Below, one piece after another: positions 18,867-26,685 of a stretch of DNA of 64,000 bases. The notes beneath the pieces were generated by a model. The model searched no databases. It worked only from the letters and a program-made list of their open reading frames with translations, and was not told the DNA's origin. The DNA comes from a virus (taxonomy: Duplodnaviria; Heunggongvirae; Uroviricota; Caudoviricetes). The DNA lies in IMG/VR virus record IMGVR_UViG_3300042331_000303; one strand, given 5' to 3'. The position numbers were made by a program, and so were the translations under genes. Every line of letters starts with the position of its first letter. Within the stretch, counting starts at the first letter, position 1.

Positions 18867-19549
18867 CCCAACACCACCTTGTCGATCACAGAAATCTCGT
18901 ACAGCTTGAGCGTCTGCTCATGCTCTCGCCAGTGCTCAGGATAGTCTACGAAGATCGCACGAGCAGGAAGGTTCTTCACGATCACTCGCGCTCGTTCGAC
19001 TGGGTCCGTAATGAAGGGGATGCTCGTGATGATGCGGTGACGGCGATCGAGTAGCAAGACACCAGCACGCTTTGGGACGTCCGAAGGGCCAGACACAAGC
19101 GGCTGGTCAGAGCGTGAGACCTTCAACTCGACGAAGGGGATGGCCCGGCCCCCATTGAAGCGGATGTGTGCGATGTCGTCGGCCACTACGTAGGAGGCGG
19201 AGAATCCGACACCGATGCCCTCAAACGCCCGATCAAGCCGGGCCATAGCTCGTGCATCGTCTACAGAGGGCGCGGAGTCTCCCGAAGGGTGATTGTGGAC
19301 CGCAACAGCGTAGGCCGCGTCAAGCAAGACGGCCGCCGTGCAGCACTCCAAGACAGGTACGATCGTCGCTGACACAGCTCCCTGGGTCCGGAAGATTCCG
19401 ATGGGCTTGAGCTTCTTGTCCAGGTAGATGCACCAGAACTCCTCCCGTGCGAGATCGCACAGGGAGCGAGCGAACTCGAACACCTCCTCGTGGCTCCGGA
19501 GCGGACCGGACCATCGCACAGCTTCGCGATCGGTCACTACCGAGATCAT
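18863..19549 (-). CDS. radC: RadC-like JAB-domain protein
   Basis: REEFWCIYLD, AVAVHNHPSGDSAPSVDD. Confidence 0.8.
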   Translation of the reverse strand: MISVVTDREAVRWSGPLRSHEEVFEFARSLCDLAREEFWCIYLDKKLKPIGIFRTQGAVSATIVPVLECCTAAVLLDAAYAVAVHNHPSGDSAPSVDDARAMARLDRAFEGIGVGFSASYVVADDIAHIRFNGGRAIPFVELKVSRSDQPLVSGPSDVPKRAGVLLLDRRHRIITSIPFITDPVERARVIVKNLPARAIFVDYPEHWREHEQTLKLYEISVIDKVVLG

Positions 19550-19965
19550 GCCTTCTTCCGGCATTCGGGGCCGAGCCCGATTGCGAGGGAGAGGGGTTCG
19601 GTCAGCTCGCGGCGGCAGCGGCCGCAGACCCCGGCGTGGCTGAACTCTACCTGCCGAGCGTCGATCACATCCTCCCCGCGCGCCTTGAGGTGCTCGATGA
19701 GCCAGAGCAGACCCTGCACGCTCGGGGCTCCCGTAAATCGGCTGGCGGGCAGGAATGGCTTGGAGGCGAAGGCCGTGCCAAGGTAGTCGTAGCGGTCAGG
19801 GCCAGTGAGAAGCTCTACCCCCCACCGAGTCGGCTTGTCCTTGTTGTCCGCCTTGATGTGGTACGTGAAGTGCTTGCCCGTTCGGACAGACTTCACGGTG
19901 AACGTAGCGGAACCCGCGGTGATGAACCGCAAGATGTCGTCCGCCTTTCGCATGTTTCCGGCCAT
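19546..19965 (-). CDS. DUF6011-like Zn-ribbon protein
   Basis: C-terminal CGRCRRELTEPLSLAIGLGPEC; start placed 6 nt after TACACT. Confidence 0.65.
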   Translation of the reverse strand: MAGNMRKADDILRFITAGSATFTVKSVRTGKHFTYHIKADNKDKPTRWGVELLTGPDRYDYLGTAFASKPFLPASRFTGAPSVQGLLWLIEHLKARGEDVIDARQVEFSHAGVCGRCRRELTEPLSLAIGLGPECRKKA

Positions 19966-20012
19966 TCTCACAGTGTAGTGGGGGCCTCGAACGGAGGCCA
20001 CACGACGGTCGA

Positions 20013-20025
20013 TTTCGAGTGCTAT
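20013..20025 (-). promoter_or_regulatory. Variant AGCACTCGA element
   Basis: ATAGCACTCGAAA with TACACT 35 nt downstream. Confidence 0.6.
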
Positions 20026-20033
20026 CGTGACGG

Positions 20034-20062
20034 TTGACAAAGCCGGTCAGTACAGTTAGATC
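20034..20062 (+). promoter_or_regulatory. Sigma70-type promoter (likely leaderless)
   Basis: TTGACA-N17-TAGATC, ATG 6 nt later. Confidence 0.5.
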
Positions 20063-20068
20063 CGCTCC

Positions 20069-20362
20069 ATGGACTATCCCCGCCCCCAGCCCAATCCCAT
20101 CCCCCAGATCCTCCTCTTCCTCGCCGCCCTTCTCGCTGCGCTGATCTTCCTCAACTCGAAGGCGTGCGTTGCGCCCGAGCGCGCAGAGGAAACCTTGGAG
20201 GCCAGCGGCTTCACCGACATTGAGGTCGGAGGTCATGCGTGGTTCGAGTGTGCAGAGGGGGACTCGTTCACCAACACGTTCACGGCGACGAGCCCGAAGG
20301 GAACGGAGGTTTCCGGCTCTGTTTGCTGCGGCGTGCTCAAGGGCTGCACCGTCCGGTTCTGA
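20069..20362 (+). CDS. Small membrane/secreted protein with paired Cys
   Basis: N-terminal hydrophobic helix, C-terminal CCGVLKGC. Confidence 0.65.
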   Translation: MDYPRPQPNPIPQILLFLAALLAALIFLNSKACVAPERAEETLEASGFTDIEVGGHAWFECAEGDSFTNTFTATSPKGTEVSGSVCCGVLKGCTVRF

Positions 20363-20405
20363 GCTGAGGGTTGACAAGTTGTAATAGGATGTGATAGGAG
20401 ACGGC

Positions 20406-21281
20406 ATGCCTCCACGGAACTCTTCTGTCACCTCGTTCAGTCTTCATCCGGGGGCGCTCGTGCTCCTCCAGCTCTTGGCGCCGGCCTACGGCAACAACCG
20501 CAGCACGGTCGTGAACGAGGCGATCAAAGGACTTGCGGAGGCTCACGGCATCACCCTTCCCCCCGAGAATCACATGCTCCTCGACATCCTGGACAGCAGC
20601 GGCAAGTCCCTCCGCATCATCAACCACGAAGGCCAGCACTACGCGGTAGCCCCTCCGAGCGGGTCGTTCAAGCTGCGCCTGAACAACACGCACTCCACGA
20701 CTCGGAGCGAGTTCGTCGTCTCGGTCGACGGCATCGACATCATCGACGGCGAGGCCGCGAGCCAGACCAAGCGGGGCTACGTCTTGCAGGCCCGTGCCTC
20801 TTCTGTGATCTCGGGGTGGCGCCGCTCGGACAGCAAGGTCGCCGCGTTCGAGTTCGTTTCGGCCTCCACCGGTGAGAGCTACGCGGCGAAGACCGGACGC
20901 CCGGCGAACCAGGGCGTCATCGCGGTGGCCTGCTACCGCGAGTACACGTCCCGCCAGAACGTCTCGTGGGATGGCCGCTACAAGAGCGTCCTGCGCTCGG
21001 CGGGCAGCGGCCTCGGCAACCTCAGCGGCTCCATCGGCGGGCACGAGATCAAGACGTCGGGCGGCCTGAACCTCGGCACCGGATACGGCAAGGAGGTCGA
21101 GATGCAGACGCTCCAGACCAGCTTCCAGCGCGCGGCGGGAGAGGCGCAGGTCCTCGTGGTCTACTACGCCACCGCGGAGGCCCTCCGCGCGATGGGCGTT
21201 CCGGTGGACAGCTCGCCGGGAGTCAACCCGTGGCCGGCGGATGGCCCGAGCGTGAAGGCTCCCCCCGGATGGACTCCGTAG
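20406..21281 (+). CDS. Hypothetical protein: RHH-like N-terminus plus beta-rich domain
   Basis: RSTVVNEAIKGLA helix; SVDGIDIIDG...KRGYVL...GWR...VAAFEF. Confidence 0.65.
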   Translation: MPPRNSSVTSFSLHPGALVLLQLLAPAYGNNRSTVVNEAIKGLAEAHGITLPPENHMLLDILDSSGKSLRIINHEGQHYAVAPPSGSFKLRLNNTHSTTRSEFVVSVDGIDIIDGEAASQTKRGYVLQARASSVISGWRRSDSKVAAFEFVSASTGESYAAKTGRPANQGVIAVACYREYTSRQNVSWDGRYKSVLRSAGSGLGNLSGSIGGHEIKTSGGLNLGTGYGKEVEMQTLQTSFQRAAGEAQVLVVYYATAEALRAMGVPVDSSPGVNPWPADGPSVKAPPGWTP

Positions 21282-21290
21282 CACTCAATC
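21279..21290 (+). promoter_or_regulatory. Variant AGCACTC(A)ATC element
   Basis: TAGCACTCAATC with TAGGAT 35 nt downstream, GTG 5 nt after. Confidence 0.6.
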
Positions 21291-21336
21291 TTGCCGGTCG
21301 AGTAGCTCTACGGGGGCCCATCCGGTAGGATGGTCG

Positions 21337-21621
21337 GTGATGCTGCCCGTTCCCTTCCAAGACCAGCCAGCGCTTCTCGCAGCCTACCTCGCGGACCCGA
21401 AGACCCGCGGGCCGCTCCTTGCGTCCGCAGCGCTCGGCATCGCCAGCTCGGTAGCTGCGAGCTACGCCGTCTCGGAGATCACTCCGGAGGAGGACGACAC
21501 CAAGCGCGTGCTCTGGGCGACCGGTACGGGGCTGGCTTCCGCTCTGCTCTCGATCCTCTTCCTCGCCAACCGCGCAGAGTACATTCGACAAGCGCGTGGC
21601 GGCTCCTCTTCCTGGGTGTGA
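21337..21621 (+). CDS. Small membrane protein
   Basis: Two hydrophobic helices. Confidence 0.6.
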   Translation: MMLPVPFQDQPALLAAYLADPKTRGPLLASAALGIASSVAASYAVSEITPEEDDTKRVLWATGTGLASALLSILFLANRAEYIRQARGGSSSWV

Positions 21622-21623
21622 TC

Positions 21624-21812
21624 ATGTACGGATGTGGCTGTAACGGCACCGCAGGGCTCGGCAGCCCCTTCCCCGCCAGCCCGGTGGGGCAGCCTCCCTA
21701 CCTGCTCATCGCTCTGGCCGCCATCGGGGTATTCGGATTCTGGGCGAAGGACTCGGCCGAGCGCCCGCGGACCAACCCGCGCCGGAAGGGGCGGAAGGGC
21801 CGCCGCCGGTGA
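21624..21812 (+). CDS. Small MYG-start membrane protein with basic RTNPRR tail
   Basis: MYGCGCNG...YLLIALAAIGVFGFW...RTNPRRKGRKGRRR. Confidence 0.6.
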   Translation: MYGCGCNGTAGLGSPFPASPVGQPPYLLIALAAIGVFGFWAKDSAERPRTNPRRKGRKGRRR

Positions 21813-22192
21813 ACCAGGTCCTCCGGCTCTGCCTGCCCATCATCGAGGACGTGCGGCGCCACGAGCCGGCGTTCGAGGTCGAGGTGCGCATGGGTCGGGC
21901 GGAGGAGTTCCCCGCCCCGCGGAACTTCGCCTACTGCGTGTCCGAGTCGCCGCCGGTGGTGGTCTACGCTCCCAAGCTCGCGCGGCAGGACCCCGAGCGC
22001 ATCCTCGGCGTGATGATGCACGAGATCGCAGGGCATGCCCTGTTCTTCTGGCGTGGACGGGAGGAGCACTCCGAGCGCGCGGCTGACACGCTCGCGGAGA
22101 AGGTCTGTCGGGCCCGCATCTCCTACGACCGGGATCTGCTCGTGCAGACGACCGGAGAAGGAATCCGTCCTCGGCCTGCGGAGTTGGGCTGA
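21809..22192 (+). CDS. Possible minimal metallopeptidase
   Basis: MMHEIAGHA and ERAADTLA. Confidence 0.5.
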   Translation: MNQVLRLCLPIIEDVRRHEPAFEVEVRMGRAEEFPAPRNFAYCVSESPPVVVYAPKLARQDPERILGVMMHEIAGHALFFWRGREEHSERAADTLAEKVCRARISYDRDLLVQTTGEGIRPRPAELG

Positions 22193-22200
22193 GGCTTCGA

Positions 22201-22216
22201 TAGATAGCACTCGATC
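22201..22216 (+). promoter_or_regulatory. TAGATAGCACTCGATC element
   Basis: 16-nt match to the copies at 33670 and 50611; TATCCC 36 nt downstream. Confidence 0.7.
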
Positions 22217-22259
22217 GGGGGCTGGAGAGTTGTAATCTTTGAGCTGGAGAGGTATCCCC

Positions 22260-22751
22260 ATGGGCATGGCTCCTACCTTCCCTCAGAACGACGACGAGCT
22301 GGAACTTCCGGCCGATCCCCCCATCCCCGCAGACCTGCCGCCGGCAGTTCGCTTCCAGCTCGACATGCTGCGCTGGCAGACTGCGACGATCGTCACGCAG
22401 CTCCGCGTGAACTCGCGCCGAGCGTCAGAGGAGCGCAAGGAAGTCGCGAACCAGCTCGCCGAGCAGGAAGAGAAGAGCGTAGAGCGCCACACCGTCCTGC
22501 TCGCAGCCGTGCGGGGGCCCACGGAGCGGCCTGTTCCTGTCGGCCCGCTGTCCAAGCTGTTGGACCGAGTCGGGGCGATGCCGCAAGCCGCCCAGCTTGC
22601 GCTCGCCGTTGTTGCCGCGAACATCTTGCTCCAGCTCTCCGGCGTGCTCTACACGAAGGTCGTGGGGACTCCTCCGCCCCAGACGACGGTTCCGGTCGAC
22701 ATCGTCGCGCCGGCCATCGTCCCCACGAGCCACGCCGCCTCCCCAGGCTGA
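22260..22751 (+). CDS. Coiled-coil protein with one TM helix
   Basis: LALAVVAANILLQLSGVLY. Confidence 0.55.
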   Translation: MGMAPTFPQNDDELELPADPPIPADLPPAVRFQLDMLRWQTATIVTQLRVNSRRASEERKEVANQLAEQEEKSVERHTVLLAAVRGPTERPVPVGPLSKLLDRVGAMPQAAQLALAVVAANILLQLSGVLYTKVVGTPPPQTTVPVDIVAPAIVPTSHAASPG

Positions 22752-22761
22752 GCCCGAGAGA

Positions 22762-23388
22762 TCAGCCGCCAGCCCCTGACAGGGCATCGGCCGAACCGAC
22801 CTCGGGGCTCAGCACCGAAGGCAGGTACTGCGCCCACTCCGCCGGCAGGACCCGGTGGCGCCAGAGCGTCATGCGGAGCACGTCCGCCTGCGTAGGGCGC
22901 CGCGGGAGCCAGCGCAGGGCCATGTTGGCCTGCACGGGCGTCCGGTCGGCCTTCTGCTGGTTGCACCGCTTGCAGGCACAGACGCAGTTCTCCCAGGTGG
23001 TCACGGGAGCCCAGCGCTTGGTCCAGTAGAGGTAGACCTTGCCGTCCTTCGACTGCGCCCGGGGCACGACGTGGTCTGCCGTGAGCTGCTCGCGGTCTGG
23101 GCGCCCGTCCGGGTGGGTCGGGCGCACGCCGCAGTAAGCGCAGGTGAACCCGTCCCGAGCGACAACCGACCGGGTCGAGAACTTCACGCGATCCGGCCGA
23201 CCGGACTTGTACCGCCGAAGGGCGATCACGCTCGGCCACGGGATGACGAGCTTCTCCGAGCGGATGAACCTGCCCGTGATGGTCTCGACCAAGTACGCCT
23301 TGTCGTCCAGGATCAGCTCGACGGCACGCTCGTGCGTGGTGAGCTTCATGGGTGTGTAGTCAGCGTTGAGCTGGAGAACCTGTTGCAC
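22762..23388 (-). CDS. HNH endonuclease (McrA-like) directly downstream of tRNA array
   Basis: VLQLNADYTP, RDGFTCAYCG, TADHVVPRAQ, NCVCACKRCNQQKADR. Confidence 0.88.
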   Translation of the reverse strand: MQQVLQLNADYTPMKLTTHERAVELILDDKAYLVETITGRFIRSEKLVIPWPSVIALRRYKSGRPDRVKFSTRSVVARDGFTCAYCGVRPTHPDGRPDREQLTADHVVPRAQSKDGKVYLYWTKRWAPVTTWENCVCACKRCNQQKADRTPVQANMALRWLPRRPTQADVLRMTLWRHRVLPAEWAQYLPSVLSPEVGSADALSGAGG

Positions 23389-23408
23389 GAGATCACCATG
23401 AGTTGAAG

Positions 23409-23483
23409 TGGAGCCCACGCCCGGACTCGAACCGGGACGACCTGCTTAGGACGCGGGGGCTCTATCCGTTGAGCTACGCGGGC
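23409..23483 (-). tRNA. tRNA-Arg(CCT)
   Basis: Cloverleaf, loop GT-CCT-AA, TTCGA T-loop, encoded CCA. Confidence 0.8.
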
Positions 23484-23490
23484 GGAGAGG

Positions 23491-23567
23491 TGGAAGATCG
23501 GACGGGACTTGAACCCGCATCGTCCGGGTTGAATGCCCGGTGTCCTGTTCCGTTAGACGACCGATCC
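23491..23567 (-). tRNA. tRNA-Glu(TTC)
   Basis: Loop CA-TTC-AA, CCA. Confidence 0.85.
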
Positions 23568-23573
23568 ACGAAG

Positions 23574-23649
23574 TGGTACGCACGCAGGGACTCGAACCCC
23601 GGACCCGCTGCTTGTGGGGCAGCCGCTCTTGCCGCTGAGCTACGCGCGC
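23574..23649 (-). tRNA. tRNA-Val(CAC)
   Basis: Loop CC-CAC-AA, CCA. Confidence 0.85.
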
Positions 23650-23653
23650 ATGA

Positions 23654-23729
23654 TGGTTGCGGATCCATGAGTTGAACATGGGTGTCCGGGGTATGAGCCC
23701 GTGCTGGTGCCACTCCAGTCTAATCCGCG
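23654..23729 (-). tRNA. Initiator tRNA-fMet(CAT)
   Basis: C1:A72 mismatch, GGG/CCC anticodon stem, loop CT-CAT-AC. Confidence 0.8.
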
Positions 23730-23735
23730 TCACGA

Positions 23736-23810
23736 TGGTCGCACAGGAGGGACTCGAACCCCCGGCTCGCTGGGTATGAACCAGCCGCTCTGCCGCTGAG
23801 CTACTGTGCG
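23736..23810 (-). tRNA. tRNA-Met(CAT) elongator (or Ile2)
   Basis: Loop TT-CAT-AC, CCA. Confidence 0.8.
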
Positions 23811-23818
23811 TTCTTGGG

Positions 23819-23894
23819 TGGTGGAGGCAACAGGAATCGAACCTGCGACCGTCGGCTTGCAAAGCCGCTGCTCTCCCAACTGAGCTATGCCCCC
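23819..23894 (-). tRNA. tRNA-Ala(TGC)
   Basis: GGGGGCATAGCTCAGTTGGGAGAGC, loop TT-TGC-AA. Confidence 0.9.
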
Positions 23895-23895
23895 A

Positions 23896-23915
23896 TGGTG
23901 CCCGCCGAAGCGGGC
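23896..23915 (-). ncRNA. UUCG microhelix ending in ACCA
   Basis: GCCCGC-TTCG-GCGGGC-ACCA between Thr and Ala tRNAs. Confidence 0.4.
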
Positions 23916-23921
23916 GTGAAG

Positions 23922-23997
23922 TGGTGCCGATCTCGGGACTCGAACCCGAAACCTCGCCCATACCAAGGGCGCGTTCTCCCGTGTGAACTTGACCGGC
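23922..23997 (-). tRNA. tRNA-Thr(GGT)
   Basis: Loop TT-GGT-AT, CCA. Confidence 0.85.
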
Positions 23998-24003
23998 CAG
24001 AAG

Positions 24004-24080
24004 TGGAAGGGACACTCGGACTCGAACCGAGAAGGAGGAGGGTCAAAGCCTCCCGCGTCTACCAGTTCCGCCATGTCCCC
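24004..24080 (-). tRNA. tRNA-Gln(TTG)
   Basis: Loop CT-TTG-AC; Leu-like D arm. Confidence 0.8.
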
Positions 24081-24092
24081 GCGGAGATTGAG

Positions 24093-24167
24093 TGGAGCGC
24101 ACTGGGGGAGTCGAACCCCTCTGATTCTGCTTGGAAGGCAGGTGCCTGACCGATCGGCATAGTGCGC
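24093..24167 (-). tRNA. tRNA-Gly(TCC)
   Basis: Loop CT-TCC-AA, U73. Confidence 0.85.
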
Positions 24168-24171
24168 GTAG

Positions 24172-24247
24172 TGGTGCCGCCGAGAGGAATCGAACCCCTG
24201 GCCTCTTGAGTACGAAACAAGCGCTCTCCCAACTGAGCTACGACGGC
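24172..24247 (-). tRNA. tRNA-Thr(CGT)
   Basis: Loop TT-CGT-AC. Confidence 0.85.
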
Positions 24248-24253
24248 AAGAAG

Positions 24254-24329
24254 TGGAGCGCCCACCGGGAGTCGAACCCGGAACCTGGACCTTGGCAAGG
24301 TCCCATGCTACCACACGCACTCTGGGCGC
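24254..24329 (-). tRNA. tRNA-Gly(GCC)
   Basis: Loop TT-GCC-AA. Confidence 0.85.
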
Positions 24330-24337
24330 AACGGAAG

Positions 24338-24413
24338 TGGTCGGAACGACAGGGATTGAACCTGCGACCTCTGGCCCCCCAGACCAGCGCTCTCCCAACT
24401 GAGCTACGTCCCG
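24338..24413 (-). tRNA. tRNA-Pro(GGG)
   Basis: Loop CT-GGG-GG. Confidence 0.88.
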
Positions 24414-24419
24414 ATGAAG

Positions 24420-24495
24420 TGGTCGAGGTGGCGAGAGTCGAACTCGCAAGCTCCTGTTCCCGAAACAGGCGGCTTACCAACAAGCCTTCACCTCG
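24420..24495 (-). tRNA. tRNA-Pro(CGG)
   Basis: Loop TT-CGG-GA. Confidence 0.85.
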
Positions 24496-24500
24496 ATGAG

Positions 24501-24576
24501 TGGACACCCGCGCCAGAATCGAACTGGCGATACTCGGCTTTGCAGGCCGGACCCTTACCACTCGGGCCAGCGGGTG
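24501..24576 (-). tRNA. tRNA-Cys(GCA)
   Basis: Loop CT-GCA-AA, U73. Confidence 0.88.
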
Positions 24577-24578
24577 AA

Positions 24579-24654
24579 TGGTTGACGAGGAAGGGGTCGA
24601 ACCCTCAACATCCGGCTTCAGAGGCCAGCGCTCTACCAGTTGAGCTACTCGTCA
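24579..24654 (-). tRNA. tRNA-Gln(CTG)
   Basis: Loop CT-CTG-AA. Confidence 0.85.
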
Positions 24655-24655
24655 G

Positions 24656-24753
24656 TGGCGCGGAGCCGGTATCTCGGCCTTCTCCGCTGGTTTGCCCGAT
24701 GTGCAGGTGGAGAACGTCCACAGGCCGAGCGGGCCGCTCCGGTTCCTACGCGC
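24656..24753 (-). ncRNA. Unidentified ~98-nt structured RNA in the tRNA array, ending ...GCCA
   Basis: Nested stems GCGCG/CGCGC, CCGG/CCGG, CTCGGCCT/AGGCCGAG closing two hairpins; no T-loop. Confidence 0.5.
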
Positions 24754-24785
24754 AGGTCCCGGTGGCGATTCGGCCGAAGCCGAAG

Positions 24786-24861
24786 TGGTAGGGGAAACAG
24801 GGCTTGAACCTGTGACCTCTTGCATATCAGGCAAGTGCTCTCCCAACTGAGCTATTCCCCC
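24786..24861 (-). tRNA. tRNA-Ile(GAT)
   Basis: Loop CT-GAT-AT. Confidence 0.88.
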
Positions 24862-24868
24862 AAAGATG

Positions 24869-24942
24869 TGGAGGGGATGCTGGGAGTTGAACCCAGGCCC
24901 GGACGTTAACAGCGTCCCGTACTACCGTTGTACTACATCCCC
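24869..24942 (-). tRNA. tRNA-Asn(GTT)
   Basis: Loop CT-GTT-AA. Confidence 0.85.
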
Positions 24943-24946
24943 GGAG

Positions 24947-25022
24947 TGGTGCGCGAACGGGGGATTGAACCCCGATTTCCGGGTTGAGGGCCCGGCGGCC
25001 TGTCCCGTTAGCCGATTCGCGC
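24947..25022 (-). tRNA. tRNA-Glu(CTC)
   Basis: Loop CC-CTC-AA. Confidence 0.85.
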
Positions 25023-25026
25023 AAAG

Positions 25027-25102
25027 TGGTCGGATAGGCCCGACTCGAACGGGCGGCCTTCTGCTCCCAAAGCAGACGTTCTTCCGGCTGAACTACTACC
25101 CG
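25027..25102 (-). tRNA. tRNA-Pro(TGG)
   Basis: Loop TT-TGG-GA. Confidence 0.88.
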
Positions 25103-25106
25103 CTGG

Positions 25107-25183
25107 TGGGGTGAACGACGGGACTCGAACCCGCTTTGGCTTGCAGTCACAATGCAAGGGCTCGACGCTTCGCCCTCGTTCAC
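25107..25183 (-). tRNA. tRNA-His(GTG)
   Basis: Loop TT-GTG-AC, C73; encoded -1 base is T, not G. Confidence 0.8.
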
Positions 25184-25185
25184 AG

Positions 25186-25259
25186 TGGTGGTCCCGGAGA
25201 GAATCGAACTCTCACCGCGTGCTTAAGAGGCACATGCTCTACCTTCGAGCTGCGGGACC
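25186..25259 (-). tRNA. tRNA-Lys(CTT)
   Basis: Loop CT-CTT-AA. Confidence 0.85.
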
Positions 25260-25263
25260 AAGG

Positions 25264-25338
25264 TGGCGGGGTATCCGGGACTTGAACCCGGTTTCTCTGC
25301 GAGACAGGCAGACGTCGTATCCTATGGACCAATACCCC
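25264..25338 (-). tRNA. tRNA-Asp(GTC)
   Basis: Loop CT-GTC-TC, G73. Confidence 0.8.
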
Positions 25339-25341
25339 AAG

Positions 25342-25420
25342 TGGTGTTCGCGGCCGGACTTGAACCGGCGGCCTCAGCCTTCGGAGGGCTGCGCTCTGGA
25401 TCCGTCTGAGCTACGCGAAC
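25342..25420 (-). tRNA. tRNA-Arg(CCG)
   Basis: Loop CT-CCG-AA. Confidence 0.85.
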
Positions 25421-25426
25421 GAGAAA

Positions 25427-25504
25427 TGGTGTACCCAGGAGGACTTGAACCTCCAACCTTCGGCTTCGTAGACCGACACTCTAATCCAGTTGAGCTATGG
25501 GTAC
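25427..25504 (-). tRNA. tRNA-Arg(ACG)
   Basis: Loop CT-ACG-AA. Confidence 0.88.
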
Positions 25505-25509
25505 ATGAG

Positions 25510-25551
25510 TGGGGCGCCGCCAACCCCTGCGTCAGCAGGGAGCGGCACCCC
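25510..25551 (-). ncRNA. Hairpin RNA ending in CCA at head of array 1
   Basis: GGGGTGCCGC...CCTGC-TGAC-GCAGG...GCGGCGCCCCA. Confidence 0.35.
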
Positions 25552-25574
25552 CGTTTGGTGATCTCACGAACAGG

Positions 25575-25650
25575 TTGTCAAAGAGGCGGGCGGAGCCCGA
25601 AATCGGGGGCCTGAAACGCCGAGAGCCCGGTCTTTCGGCCGGGCTCTCGG
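25575..25650 (-). promoter_or_regulatory. boxB-like GAAA hairpin plus boxA-like element, leader of tRNA array 1
   Basis: CCGAGAGCCCGG..GAAA..CCGGGCTCTCGG then CCTCTTTGACAA. Confidence 0.5.
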
Positions 25651-25793
25651 TGGGGGGACCTGTGTTGGTCTTCCTACGTCGAGAGCCCCTTGGCAGGGAT
25701 GTGGGTGCCCGGCTTCTGCGCGCACGTTTCCCCGGCGACCTGTCGGTCGGCTCGGTTGGCGGCATTGGCGGGATTCATCATCATGGCTTTCCA

Positions 25794-25822
25794 AATGTGC
25801 ATCGTTTATTCTCTGCCGTCAA
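25794..25822 (-). promoter_or_regulatory. Possible promoter of tRNA array 1
   Basis: TTGACG-N17-CACATT. Confidence 0.4.
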
Positions 25823-25879
25823 GAAGATTCTCAAACTTTGCCAATCTGCGAGGTTCTTCCTGCTATACTTGCATATCCA

Positions 25880-26260
25880 CTACAGCGGCTTCCAGCAGGG
25901 CTTGGACAGGAGCGTGGCCGCCTGCTCCAACCGGCCTTCCGCCAGCGCCGCGTGCGCCGCGGAGAGACGGCGGGACTGCATGAGGCCCTCGTCGTAGAGA
26001 AGGGCGATCCAGAGGAACTCGCGGGCGTGCGCGATCTGCCCCGCCTCCAGTGCCTTCTTCGCGATCTTGCGGGCCGACTCCGCCGGCCCCCACTTCCGTA
26101 CATGCTGGAGGATGTCCTGATTTCCAGCAGCACCATCGAGGAGATTCACGATCCGATCTCGGAGGGTCGTGGGGACCTCCTCGCCCGTGGTCAGCACGTA
26201 CAGGCGCCCGCCGTGGCACAGCTCCATCAGCTCATCGTACTCAGCGTCAGTCAGGGCCAT
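25880..26260 (-). CDS. Helical hypothetical protein
   Basis: ORF track; downstream of a minus-strand promoter. Confidence 0.6.
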   Translation of the reverse strand: MALTDAEYDELMELCHGGRLYVLTTGEEVPTTLRDRIVNLLDGAAGNQDILQHVRKWGPAESARKIAKKALEAGQIAHAREFLWIALLYDEGLMQSRRLSAAHAALAEGRLEQAATLLSKPCWKPL

Positions 26261-26283
26261 GCGTGTGTATCTCTACTTGGCGC

Positions 26284-26344
26284 AAGCTAATCGGTACTGT
26301 CAGGTTTGTCAAGCCTTGACTTCTATTGACTGCCGTGTTACGGT
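26284..26344. promoter_or_regulatory. Back-to-back sigma70-type promoters
   Basis: Minus: TTGACA-N17-TAGCTT; plus: TTGACT-N17-TACGGT, ATG 5 nt later. Confidence 0.7.
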
Positions 26345-26349
26345 GTTCC

Positions 26350-26685
26350 ATGGCGCTTTCTTTCACCGCTCTCAGCTATGCGTCGGCGACGGTCGTGACG
26401 CCTGGCGTGGCGGTTGCGGTGTCTCTCCAGCCGCCGGACAACTGCGCTCGCATCGTCGTGTTCAACAAGGACTTCACCAACGACCTTCTTGTGGGGCAGG
26501 GGGCTGCGGGGGCACCGCTGGTGGCTGGGGCCAGTGCCAGTACCGTGCCACCTCGGATGACGCTTGACATGCCGATTCGCGCTTACCCTCACCGGCCGAT
26601 GATTTCCGACCTCGCCTGTGATGCGGTCGATGGGGGCGCTGTAGCTGAGATCACATACTACAACGAGCTGGGATCGGTGATGTGA
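26350..26685 (+). CDS. Small beta-rich (structural-like) protein
   Basis: Alternating hydrophobic strands RIVVFN, LLVG, MTLDM, AEITYY. Confidence 0.6.
   Translation: MALSFTALSYASATVVTPGVAVAVSLQPPDNCARIVVFNKDFTNDLLVGQGAAGAPLVAGASASTVPPRMTLDMPIRAYPHRPMISDLACDAVDGGAVAEITYYNELGSVM

Noticed and set aside
24656-24753. c-di-GMP-I riboswitch (contains GGCAAACC)
   Set aside because: The remaining P2/P3 consensus is missing and no coding gene follows.
25560-25800. tmRNA or RNase P RNA in the array leader
   Set aside because: No tRNA-like domain with T-loop, no tag reading frame ending in an Ala-rich peptide, and no P4 consensus seen.
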